A DNA stretch of 64,000 nucleotides from a virus, in IMG/VR virus record IMGVR_UViG_3300031857_000038, positions 54,794 through 118,793 of that record; one strand, written 5' to 3'. The translations under genes and the position numbers were made by a program. How positions within the stretch are numbered: the stretch's first letter is position 1; the number at the start of each line of letters is the position of its first letter. The notes under the pieces are model-generated. The model did no database searches. It had not been told where the DNA came from and saw nothing but the letters and a program-made list of their open reading frames with translations. Positions 48,261 to 56,857 of this stretch are shown one piece after another.

Positions 48261-50081
48261 ATGGCCACTGACAACGAATCATTCAACCGCGACTTATATG
48301 ACCTTCTCAAAGTTAGAGGGTATGAACCTGTTCCACTAGATAGTAAGAATCAACGTGTTCCTGCAAGTCAGGCAGCAGACGTTATTCAGTTTACTTTCAC
48401 AAAAGATGGTGAAGAATACGGTAAGGCTTGGGTGAGTATTGACGATGCTGCAAATGTTATTGTCTATTACGATGAAGAACAGCAAGAAAGTCCTAGCAAC
48501 GCTACACCAGGTGTAGAGTATAATGACAGTTGGACTGGGTTCTTAAAGCATTTAAAGAATTGGGCACAGCGTAGACAATTAAGTTTTGAATTGTCAAACA
48601 AAGATCGCCTTGGCGACGATATGAGACAACGGGATTATTACAAGATGAAAGAACGAGTATCAGAAGGTTACTACCCAATGGGTAAGAAAGCGTCATATAA
48701 TGATGCAGTTCCTAATGTAAAGATTGTTTTACAACACAACCGCGCACTTGAAGAAGGTGAACAGCGTTATCGTAATGTTGCTAAAATCTATCTTGAAAAC
48801 GTCGATGGCGAAAGATTCCTTGCTCCAACTACTCGTCCTGGTATCGCTCGTGTATATGCTCGTCACATCGCAGAAGGTGGCGTACCCAATGATGATAGAT
48901 GGAACCATATTAAGTCAATCTGTGAAGATTATAACAAGATGGCCGGTTTTGTTCGTGCTACCCGTAACGGACAGTTCAACGAATCAGCAACTCAAATGGT
49001 TCAAGAAGGCGTAAACCACTATAATAATCTTCGTGAAACCCTACACAAACTTACAGGTCATCGTGGATATCAAGCTTACTTTGAATCTTGGACTCCTTCA
49101 CTTATGGAAGGCGAAGGCGATGACAGCATTACTGAATTGTTTGTACAAGAGACTATGGATCCTCGCATTGAATCAGCAATGCCAATCCTATCAAGACTTA
49201 AAAAGCCAGTAACTGAAATGGAAGAAATTGATACTCTAGCAGAATGGGCAGACAGCGTTATCAATGAGAAGCTAGAACTTGACGAGGGCGATGTTGTCCC
49301 GTTCAAGAAGAAGCAAGATGATGATTTAGATGACGATGATGACGATAGCTGGATGCCATCAGAAGAAGACTTTGAGCAGGAAGAAAAACACCGCAATCGC
49401 AAACGCACCCCTGCAAATGATGTGAACGAAATGGATAAGAGTCCAGAAGCTAACCCATATAGTGGTCAAGGTCATCGTAAGGGCGATGACCATGCTAAGG
49501 GTCCAGATAAGACTGCTAAGATGCTAGCTGCTAAACAGGCAGTTAAGATGGCTAGAAAGGCTCTTGACAAAGCGTTCAAGGGCGATGTTGAAGAAAACTT
49601 TATCGGCATGGCACCTCAAGCAGTAGCAGAAAAAGAAATGGATTCAACTACTAAAAGTTTAGCAGTACCTGCTGACAAGATGCTTGAAGCACCTGGAGCA
49701 GAAACACTAGCACATAACCAATCTACTGAAAAGTCAAATCTAAAAGCATTTGGTCTTGCAGAAGAAGAAGTTGAAGAAAGCGGACTACAAGCATATCTCG
49801 GTAAAAAGAAGTATGGCGAAAAGGGCATGAAAGCACTTCAACAAGCAGGCCGCGATGGCGCAAGCAAAGAGAAGATGGCATCAATCCGTGCTAAGCACGA
49901 TAAGCTTGATGAAGTACAAGTAGAAGAAGACTTAGACGCAAACCAAAAGCGTGTAGGTCAACTTGGTCCTACTGAAAAAGTAAAGAACAACAACATCGGC
50001 AAGCTAGTTGGCGCCAATGAATCAACAGAGATTGATCCAGAACTAGCTCGTATCATCGAAATGGCACGCTTTAAAAGATAA
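48261..50081 (+). CDS. Late-expressed, probably virion-associated protein with an acidic modular C-terminus
   Basis: Late promoter upstream; many [VL]-x-E sites separating short modules (VNE, VEE, MLE). Confidence 0.55.
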   Translation: MATDNESFNRDLYDLLKVRGYEPVPLDSKNQRVPASQAADVIQFTFTKDGEEYGKAWVSIDDAANVIVYYDEEQQESPSNATPGVEYNDSWTGFLKHLKNWAQRRQLSFELSNKDRLGDDMRQRDYYKMKERVSEGYYPMGKKASYNDAVPNVKIVLQHNRALEEGEQRYRNVAKIYLENVDGERFLAPTTRPGIARVYARHIAEGGVPNDDRWNHIKSICEDYNKMAGFVRATRNGQFNESATQMVQEGVNHYNNLRETLHKLTGHRGYQAYFESWTPSLMEGEGDDSITELFVQETMDPRIESAMPILSRLKKPVTEMEEIDTLAEWADSVINEKLELDEGDVVPFKKKQDDDLDDDDDDSWMPSEEDFEQEEKHRNRKRTPANDVNEMDKSPEANPYSGQGHRKGDDHAKGPDKTAKMLAAKQAVKMARKALDKAFKGDVEENFIGMAPQAVAEKEMDSTTKSLAVPADKMLEAPGAETLAHNQSTEKSNLKAFGLAEEEVEESGLQAYLGKKKYGEKGMKALQQAGRDGASKEKMASIRAKHDKLDEVQVEEDLDANQKRVGQLGPTEKVKNNNIGKLVGANESTEIDPELARIIEMARFKR

Positions 50082-50097
50082 CAACGGGGAAAGTACT

Positions 50098-50547
50098 ATG
50101 AGAAAACCAATAATGCCAAATAAAAATAATAGACCAAATTTATCAGCTCCTAAGGCAGCAGCAGCAACCGCAGCTATCAAGAATCTGATTCCTACAATTA
50201 AAAGTGTGCCTCCTGTCACAGCAGCAGACCGCGCTAAAATGGAGGTGGCCAAGGTAGCACTTGCAGCAGAAATAAAGAAAACACAAGCAGCAGCAGCAAA
50301 AAATGCAGTTGGTAAAACCGCTGCAACTCCTGCGGCACAACTTGCAGCACAACAAACTAAGATCGGTTCGTCGATCCCTAGCATTGCTAAATTTCTTCCA
50401 CCTGAAATTGCGCCAGCTGATATAACATTTGCAACAGCTATAGAATCAATGCGAAATAGTATTCTTCAACTAGACGTTTTAATTGCTAATCCAGTCACCG
50501 GTGCAGCTGCCGAGGTACCAGCACCCGCCGCACCAACTTTTGGCTAA
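50098..50547 (+). CDS. Ala/Lys/Pro-rich low-complexity protein
   Basis: GGGG SD-like sequence upstream; composition. Confidence 0.5.
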   Translation: MRKPIMPNKNNRPNLSAPKAAAATAAIKNLIPTIKSVPPVTAADRAKMEVAKVALAAEIKKTQAAAAKNAVGKTAATPAAQLAAQQTKIGSSIPSIAKFLPPEIAPADITFATAIESMRNSILQLDVLIANPVTGAAAEVPAPAAPTFG

Positions 50548-50552
50548 TAATA

Positions 50553-50602
50553 CTAATTTGGGTGTATAGTGTAAAATAATAATATATTATGCACCCAATT
50601 AG
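50553..50602. repeat. Long imperfect inverted repeat (hairpin)
   Basis: CTAATTTGGGTGTATAGTGTA ... TATATTATGCACCCAATTAG pairs with G-U and one bulge. Confidence 0.6.
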
Positions 50603-50606
50603 ATTG

Positions 50607-50716
50607 TAAATACAATGCACATGAGTTATAACATGACTTGTGTGTAGTTGTCTCCGACAACGAAACATAAAACACATTTAGGCACAACTTAGGCACATTT
50701 AAAAGGAGAAAACAAA
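50607..50716 (+). promoter_or_regulatory. gp32 leader: TAAATA, two hairpins and TTAGGCACA direct repeats before the SD (candidate autogenous translational operator)
   Basis: Hairpins at 50618-50644 and 50647-50661; repeats at 50678 and 50689; AAGGAG. Confidence 0.55.
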
Positions 50717-51715
50717 ATGGCAAGTCTAGCAGAAATCCGGGCTCGTTTGGCAGCCCAAGAAAATAAGAATCAGAGCGGCGGAGCCCGCCCACAATCTGAT
50801 AATGCAATCTACCCTCACTGGAATATCTCAGAAGGCGCAACGGCTACGATTCGTTTGCTTCCCGACGCGGATAATACTAACGACTTTTTCTGGGTAGAAC
50901 GTCAAATCATTAAGCTTCCGTTCAACGGAATCAAGGGTCAGCCCGATGCTAAGCAGGTAATCGTTCAGGTTCCTTGCGTAGAAATGTATGGTGATAACTG
51001 CCCCGTTCTCGCAGAAGTTCGTCCTTGGTACAAGGATGACAGTCTTAAGGACCTCGCTAATAAGTATTGGAAGAAGCGTTCTTATCTTTATCAGGGCTTC
51101 GTTCGTGCAAACCCTCTCGGTGACGATCAGACCCCATCTAACCCCATCCGTCGCTTTGTAATCAGTCCGCAGATTCAGACTGTAATCAAGGCATCGTTGA
51201 TGGATCCTGAGTTGGAAGAATTGCCAACTGATTACGCTCGTGGTCTTGACTTCAACATTAAGAAGACTTCAAAGGGTGGTTATGCTGACTACTCAACTTC
51301 TAACTGGGCCCGTAAGGAATCCCCATTGACTGAGGCAGAACTTGCTGCTATTGAAGCGCATGGTCTTTTCAATCTTAAGGACTTCTTGCCCAAGAAGCCA
51401 AGCGAAGCAGAACTTCGTGTTATCAAGGAAATGTTTGAAGCATCTGTTGATGGTCGTGCATATGATCCTGATAAGTGGGGCGCTTACTATCGTCCATATG
51501 GACTTGAGGCCCCGGCTGGAGCAGCTCCGGCAGAAACAACGGTGACTGCTGAAACCAGCACAACCCAGTCTGCTCCGGCTTCTACTAACGATGTTCCTTG
51601 GGACGAAGATGCAGCGCCGGCAGCAAATGATCCGGTAGTTGTTCCTAAGTCGGACACATCAAGCGACAAGGCTCAGGACATTCTTGCAATGATCCGTCAG
51701 CGTCAGGCTAAGTAA
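50717..51715 (+). CDS. 32: Single-stranded DNA-binding protein (T4 gp32-like)
   Basis: ATIRLLP, C-x7-CPV, YWKKRSY, GLDFNIKK..KGGYADYSTS.W; flexible C-terminal tail. Confidence 0.88.
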   Translation: MASLAEIRARLAAQENKNQSGGARPQSDNAIYPHWNISEGATATIRLLPDADNTNDFFWVERQIIKLPFNGIKGQPDAKQVIVQVPCVEMYGDNCPVLAEVRPWYKDDSLKDLANKYWKKRSYLYQGFVRANPLGDDQTPSNPIRRFVISPQIQTVIKASLMDPELEELPTDYARGLDFNIKKTSKGGYADYSTSNWARKESPLTEAELAAIEAHGLFNLKDFLPKKPSEAELRVIKEMFEASVDGRAYDPDKWGAYYRPYGLEAPAGAAPAETTVTAETSTTQSAPASTNDVPWDEDAAPAANDPVVVPKSDTSSDKAQDILAMIRQRQAK

Positions 51716-51724
51716 AACTTAGTA

Positions 51725-51750
51725 GGGGAGACCATGTGTCTCCCCATTTT
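51725..51750 (+). terminator. Rho-independent terminator
   Basis: GGGGAGAC / GTCTCCCC followed by ATTTT. Confidence 0.78.
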
Positions 51751-51764
51751 GACCGGAGGTTTAT

Positions 51765-51995
51765 ATGACATTACCAGATGAAAGATATAGAGCCTTGAAG
51801 CAAAGTAGAAAGCTTTTAGAAGAACTTTGCGACCCTGGCAAAACACCTAGAGTACCGAGTATCATTCGTGATCGTGCTAGAACGATTCTACGCCATTATC
51901 CTATGGATATGCACTTAGATGGTTTAGCAGAAAATAGTCCCGAATTACTTGAAAAAACCTCACCAGGTGATAAGTTAAAACAAATTGTAAGATAA
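51765..51995 (+). CDS. Small conserved protein (MTxPDERxRA...LRHYP type)
   Basis: GGAGG SD; motif recognised from memory. Confidence 0.65.
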   Translation: MTLPDERYRALKQSRKLLEELCDPGKTPRVPSIIRDRARTILRHYPMDMHLDGLAENSPELLEKTSPGDKLKQIVR

Positions 51996-52006
51996 CAGGA
52001 GAAAAC

Positions 52007-53074
52007 ATGGCAAAGCCATTTGATATTAGTAAGTTCCGCAAGGACATTACTAAGGCTATTGACGGCCTTAGTATCGGATTTAATGACCCTACTGATTGGG
52101 TCAGCACAGGTAATTATGCACTCAATTATAGAATTAGTGGAGATTTTAATAAGGGCATTCCTCTTGGTAAAGTTACTGTCTTTGCTGGAGAGTCCGGCTC
52201 GGGTAAGAGCTACATCTGTTCGGGCAACCTTGTTCGTCATGCCCAAGAGCAGGGTATCTACGTTGTATTGATTGACAGCGAAAACGCACTTGATGAAGCT
52301 TGGCTTCACGCTCTTGGCGTAGACACTGCTGAGGATAAGCTCCTCAAGTTGAACATGGCAATGATTGATGACGTTGCGAAAACTATCAGTGAATTCATGA
52401 AGGGCTACAAAACCTTGAATGAAGAAGACAAACCTAAGGTGCTGTTCGTCATTGACTCGCTCGGCATGTTGCTCACTCCTACTGATGTTAATCAGTTTGA
52501 AGCAGGTGATATGAAGGGTGACATGGGTCGTAAGCCTAAGGCACTTACTGCACTTGTTCGTAACTGCGTTAATATGTTTGGTTCGAACAACGTAGGTCTT
52601 GTAGCAACTAACCACACTTATGCATCGCAGGATATGTTTGACCCTGACGATAAGATTTCAGGTGGTCAGGGCTTCATCTATGCTTCGTCAATCGTTGTAG
52701 CTATGCGTAAGCTTAAGCTTAAGGAAGACGAATCAGGCAACAAGGTCAGTGACGTTCGCGGCATTCGCAGTGCTTGTAAGGTCATGAAGACTCGTTACGC
52801 AAAGCCGTTCGAATCTGTTCAGATTAAGATTCCATATGAAACTGGTATGAACCCTTACTCAGGTATGCTTGATATGGCAGAATCAATGGGTATGGTATCT
52901 AAGGAAGGCAACAGCCTTGTCTATACTAAGCTTGATGGTTCTATCATTAAGAAGTTCCGTAAGGCTTGGGAAGCAAATGACGATGGTTGTTTGGACACAA
53001 TCATGGCTGAGTTTGAAGCAAAGTCTGCAAGCAAGAACGCTTCCTTGATAGAAGAAGAGGAAGGTGCAGAATGA
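52007..53074 (+). CDS. uvsX: RecA-like recombinase UvsX
   Basis: STGNYALN, Walker A GESGSGKS, IDSENA, VIDSLG, TNHTY, SGG.GF.YASS. Confidence 0.93.
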   Translation: MAKPFDISKFRKDITKAIDGLSIGFNDPTDWVSTGNYALNYRISGDFNKGIPLGKVTVFAGESGSGKSYICSGNLVRHAQEQGIYVVLIDSENALDEAWLHALGVDTAEDKLLKLNMAMIDDVAKTISEFMKGYKTLNEEDKPKVLFVIDSLGMLLTPTDVNQFEAGDMKGDMGRKPKALTALVRNCVNMFGSNNVGLVATNHTYASQDMFDPDDKISGGQGFIYASSIVVAMRKLKLKEDESGNKVSDVRGIRSACKVMKTRYAKPFESVQIKIPYETGMNPYSGMLDMAESMGMVSKEGNSLVYTKLDGSIIKKFRKAWEANDDGCLDTIMAEFEAKSASKNASLIEEEEGAE

Positions 53075-53352
53075 GCATTGGATTAATCGGTGAAGTTTGG
53101 AAGCTTCTAAGGTCAAGTATCGAGGCTGGCGACGTTGATGGCGCTGCTGAAACACTGGTTAATTATCTCGTAGAAGAAGATTATTCAGCACACGAAATCA
53201 AGAACACTTTCCGAGGTGACAAGGATATCAAGGATGCCCTTGATTTTTACTTAGAAACTCCAGAAGATGGTTTGATACACGAGTACGAAGATGATCTTGA
53301 CGAAGAAGATTATTACGACTATTACGATGATGAAGAAGACGACCAGTACTAA
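53071..53352 (+). CDS. Hypothetical protein with an acidic C-terminus
   Basis: D/E/Y-rich tail; lies between uvsX and uvsY. Confidence 0.65.
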   Translation: MSIGLIGEVWKLLRSSIEAGDVDGAAETLVNYLVEEDYSAHEIKNTFRGDKDIKDALDFYLETPEDGLIHEYEDDLDEEDYYDYYDDEEDDQY

Positions 53353-53810
53353 TGACTTGGTATGGCAAAATCACTCAGGATTTGAGTCACATTCCTGACT
53401 TCATTACTCATTACGAGAATGAATTGATTTCCGCAAAGAATGACGTTAAGGTGTACGGCAATGTTGAAAAGAACATTGCCGCACTACCCGGTGTCACGGA
53501 GTATCGCTTTAATCAACTACAAGAGATTGAAGCGGTACTCAATTTCCTCAATATTCAATTGAGAAAACTCAAAAGAAAATATTTCAAGAAGTACCTAGAA
53601 AACTATAACAGACAACTTACTCCTCGTGATGCTGAAAAGTATGCAGAGGGTGAAGATGATGTTATTGATTTTGAAGTACTAATCAACGAAGTTGCTCTAC
53701 TACGTAACAAATGGTTGGGTATACTTAAAGGAATTGACGCAAAGCAATGGCAGCTTGGTCATATTGTGCGTCTAAGAACAGCCGGCATGGAAGACGTTAC
53801 TATTGGGTAA
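53352..53810 (+). CDS. uvsY: Recombination mediator UvsY
   Basis: Helical protein ending K.WQLGHIVRLRTAG; position next to uvsX. Confidence 0.78.
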   Translation: MTWYGKITQDLSHIPDFITHYENELISAKNDVKVYGNVEKNIAALPGVTEYRFNQLQEIEAVLNFLNIQLRKLKRKYFKKYLENYNRQLTPRDAEKYAEGEDDVIDFEVLINEVALLRNKWLGILKGIDAKQWQLGHIVRLRTAGMEDVTIG

Positions 53811-53867
53811 CCTGTCTATTGCTATTTTTTAACAATTCGTATAGTGTGAAATAGTAAGGAGAACACT

Positions 53868-54584
53868 ATGAGAAATATGACAGCAATTGCGTGGGAAGAT
53901 TTAGTTGATAATTCGGAACCCAAAGATATCGAAGTATGTTATAATTTTACGACAGACCCTTTGCTAATCAGTTGCACTCTTTATCGTTTGATAAAGGAGT
54001 CACGAGAAAGCGATTCCATATCATATCTTAATTGGTCTCTAAACGAACACGCTAATCAGATTGTAAATAAAATTACCGATCAGGATCGTGTATTTGCGGA
54101 ATCAGTCAAGTCATATTACATGTCTAAGCTGCTTATGGCTAAGTTGCGCGGCGATGACTTCACTAAGTTTAAAACTGATTTGATGCAGTATCTACACAAT
54201 TCTCCTAATACTCTCACTTCACGTTTTGTTGGTATGGTCTACAAGCTGCCTTACTTCTACGAATATGATATGCAATTGATTGAAATATTCGGAGGAGAAC
54301 ACAAAGACCTCGGTACTGCTAGACAGCGTGATAGGGAAGACATTGCGCTTACCTTTATTGCCAAAGCTGATAATGGACAGAAGCGTTCTCGTCATTATGA
54401 ATACTGGTTTAAGGATGACTCCGACACTCGTATTCTGCTTGAAGTAGAAAAGCACAACCCTGTCAGAAATCTTTGGGAACATAGCATTCAGTCTGGCAAG
54501 TTGAATGTCAGTACTTTCCTTGAAAAGAAGCGCAGAGACAATCTAGAATTTTACGTTGCTAAGGCGTGGACAATCAATATCTGA
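53868..54584 (+). CDS. Hypothetical protein
   Basis: AAGGAG SD; possible promoter TTGCTA...TAGTGT upstream. Confidence 0.7.
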   Translation: MRNMTAIAWEDLVDNSEPKDIEVCYNFTTDPLLISCTLYRLIKESRESDSISYLNWSLNEHANQIVNKITDQDRVFAESVKSYYMSKLLMAKLRGDDFTKFKTDLMQYLHNSPNTLTSRFVGMVYKLPYFYEYDMQLIEIFGGEHKDLGTARQRDREDIALTFIAKADNGQKRSRHYEYWFKDDSDTRILLEVEKHNPVRNLWEHSIQSGKLNVSTFLEKKRRDNLEFYVAKAWTINI

Positions 54585-54602
54585 AAATTGAGAGGAACTA
54601 TA

Positions 54603-54785
54603 ATGAAGGGCGATAAACTAAAACTGCACATTGCAGAATTGAAGCATAAGCATCATCATTTAGAATTGGAAATAAATCAGCTTGTTTATACTCACGCTGA
54701 TGATTTAAAAATCCAAGAATTAAAAAAGCGTAAACTCAAACTAAAGGAAGAGATAACTCAATATGAACAGCAATTGGGACAGTGA
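54603..54785 (+). CDS. DUF465/YdcH-like small coiled-coil protein
   Basis: L..KH..LE.EI.......D..IQELKKRKLKLKEEI. Confidence 0.65.
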   Translation: MKGDKLKLHIAELKHKHHHLELEINQLVYTHADDLKIQELKKRKLKLKEEITQYEQQLGQ

Positions 54786-55038
54786 ACAATTTAAATTGTT
54801 CGTTTCTAAGTTTTTAACAGCGTTAGGCGAAACAGCAAACAGATGGTCAGGCGGAATCTTTCTGCTAGTCAAAACCATTCTTGCACTATTCAGCCTGATT
54901 GCAACAGTAGCGGTCGTCATTGTTTCCGCACAATGGTTCATCGCATCGTTTGGTATTGTAGTTTCAGTTTTGGTATTGGTGGTATCGTCGTTTGCACTGA
55001 CTGCGATTTCATCAATTTCCAAAGATAAACCACAATAA
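54763..55038 (+). CDS. Small membrane protein
   Basis: Two hydrophobic segments. Confidence 0.5.
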   Translation: MNSNWDSEQFKLFVSKFLTALGETANRWSGGIFLLVKTILALFSLIATVAVVIVSAQWFIASFGIVVSVLVLVVSSFALTAISSISKDKPQ

Positions 55039-55042
55039 ACGG

Positions 55043-55071
55043 TTGACATAGCTTCTGTAATTTGCTATTGT
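55043..55071 (+). promoter_or_regulatory. sigma70-type early promoter
   Basis: ggTTGACA-17 nt-TATTGT with extended TG. Confidence 0.65.
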
Positions 55072-55098
55072 TAATTATAGATAGAGAAAGGAGCAGTT

Positions 55099-55545
55099 AT
55101 GAAAAAAGGTGAACTTCTTGGTAAAGTCCTAGTTCTCGCTACTAACGCTCACGCAGGTCAGTTTGACAGAGGCGGCAACCCCTACATTCTTCACCCACTT
55201 AAGGTCATGCATTATCTCAAGACCGACGATGAAGAACTACAGTGTATCGCACTGCTTCATGACGTAATTGAAGATACAAAGACTACGTGGCAAGACCTTA
55301 AGGATATCGGATGCACATCGCGGGTTATTTCTGCTGTGCGGGTCCTCACTAAGATGCCGGGTCAGACCTACGATGAATACAAGAACGAGGTTTTTGCTAA
55401 CTTTGATGCAATGCGTGTTAAGTCTTGTGACCTTCGTCATAACACTGATATCCGTCGTCTCAAGGGCGTTACGCAGAAAGACATTGACCGTATCGCAAAG
55501 TACAATCAATTCTATCTTGAAATTCAGTCACGACTGAACGGATAA
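55099..55545 (+). CDS. HD-domain phosphohydrolase, RelA/SpoT hydrolase-like (small alarmone hydrolase type)
   Basis: AHAGQ.D.GG.PYILHP, ALLHDVIEDT, LTK, VKSCDLRHN. Confidence 0.82.
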   Translation: MKKGELLGKVLVLATNAHAGQFDRGGNPYILHPLKVMHYLKTDDEELQCIALLHDVIEDTKTTWQDLKDIGCTSRVISAVRVLTKMPGQTYDEYKNEVFANFDAMRVKSCDLRHNTDIRRLKGVTQKDIDRIAKYNQFYLEIQSRLNG

Positions 55546-55551
55546 AAATTT

Positions 55552-55601
55552 GCACCCGAGGTCATTTTTCGGTTGACTTCGGGTGCCCATTTTGTTATAA
55601 C
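55552..55601 (+). promoter_or_regulatory. Early promoter with an inverted repeat over the -35 box
   Basis: TTGACT (55573)-17 nt-TATAAC; GCACCCGAGGTCA / TGACTTCGGGTGC inverted repeat at 55552-55586. Confidence 0.7.
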
Positions 55602-55632
55602 TAGTATATCAACACAGCACAGAGGAATCATT

Positions 55633-56640
55633 ATGTCTCGCATTCTTATCAAGCAAGGTGAATATCGCAACAATCAGGTCATCGACAGCCAGTTTACTCT
55701 TGTCAAGGGTTTTCAGACTGGTAAGAAGGGTACTTTCGTGACTGTCAAGAATGACGGCGCTTTCCCTGTAAACATTGACGAAGTTCGCATCAAGATTGCT
55801 GATACTAGCGATGTTGAATTTCTCGACGGTGATGCTACTCCGACTGAAACTGTTACTGAAACTGACGAAGAAGCGATGGACCGCATCGCTACTCGTTTTC
55901 AAATCCTTGACGAAATGAGCGCCGCTTGTATCAACAGCGACATTCGTGCGATGATTGTTTCGGGTCCTCCGGGCGTTGGTAAGTCGTTTGGTGTTGAACA
56001 GCAGCTTGAGAAGGCTTCGATGTTTGACAAGATTGCAGGCAAGAAGCTTCGTTATGAAGTTGTCAAGGGTGCTATGACTGCACTCGGTCTGTATGCCCAG
56101 CTGTATCGCTACAGCGACAAGAAGAACGTCCTCGTGTTTGACGATTGCGATAGCGTGTTTGGTGATGAACTTGCTCTGAACATTCTCAAGGCTGCTCTTG
56201 ACAGTGGTAAGCGTCGGCGCATTTGCTGGAACTCGGACTCACGCCTTCTGCGTGACGAGGGCATTCCTAACTCGTTCAACTTCAACGGTTCTGCTATCTT
56301 TATCACGAACCTCAAGTTTGAAAACGTTCGCAGCAAGAAGTTGCAAGATCACCTTGAAGCCCTTGAAAGTCGTTGTCACTTCATTGACTTGACGATTGAC
56401 ACCCAGCGTGACAAGATGCTTCGCATCCGTCAGGTTGACCGCGATGCCGAAGGTGGCTTGTTCGCTGACTACAATTTTCAGAATGGTGAAGGCGCCGAAG
56501 TGCTTGACTTCATGCAGACCAATCAGAAGAAGCTGCGTGAAATGTCAATTCGTATGGCTCTCAAGCTTGCCGATCTTATCAAGATTTCCCCGCGCAATTG
56601 GAAGGCACTTGCTGAAAGCACTTGCATGAAGCGTGGATAA
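55633..56640 (+). CDS. Phage AAA+ / P-loop ATPase
   Basis: Walker A GPPGVGKS, Walker B LVFDDCD, FITN, ALESR; GAGGA SD. Confidence 0.82.
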   Translation: MSRILIKQGEYRNNQVIDSQFTLVKGFQTGKKGTFVTVKNDGAFPVNIDEVRIKIADTSDVEFLDGDATPTETVTETDEEAMDRIATRFQILDEMSAACINSDIRAMIVSGPPGVGKSFGVEQQLEKASMFDKIAGKKLRYEVVKGAMTALGLYAQLYRYSDKKNVLVFDDCDSVFGDELALNILKAALDSGKRRRICWNSDSRLLRDEGIPNSFNFNGSAIFITNLKFENVRSKKLQDHLEALESRCHFIDLTIDTQRDKMLRIRQVDRDAEGGLFADYNFQNGEGAEVLDFMQTNQKKLREMSIRMALKLADLIKISPRNWKALAESTCMKRG

Positions 56641-56765
56641 TGAAACTAACTCGCATCCCGCTTGATACTAACAACCGCATGCTTCGCATTGGATTTGGGA
56701 AGCACGACGGTCGTTGGTTTGCTAGAATTGATTTATGGTTTTTTGGAATTAGAGTTAGTCAATAA
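56640..56765 (+). CDS. Small hypothetical protein (41 aa)
   Basis: Read manually; TAATG overlap; MKLTRIPLD...RIDLWFFGIRVSQ. Confidence 0.5.
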   Translation: MKLTRIPLDTNNRMLRIGFGKHDGRWFARIDLWFFGIRVSQ

Positions 56766-56786
56766 TATTTTCCTTCTATCAAACTT

Positions 56787-56814
56787 GACAGGGGCTTCGG
56801 TCCCTGTCTTTTTT
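56787..56814 (+). terminator. Rho-independent terminator with a cUUCGg tetraloop
   Basis: GACAGGGG-CTTCGG-TCCCTGTC followed by TTTTTT. Confidence 0.88.
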
Positions 56815-56857
56815 CCAGAATACTTGTAAAAATATACAACGGTGATATAGTAAGAAT

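Noticed and set aside
50143-50355. Cys-rich minus-strand ORF resembling a metallothionein
   Set aside because: It is the reverse complement of GCA (Ala) runs in the + strand Ala-rich gene
51896-52615. 239-aa antisense ORF over uvsX, and similarly 63191-63883 over the exonuclease
   Set aside because: Same shadow effect; the whole window is transcribed on the + strand
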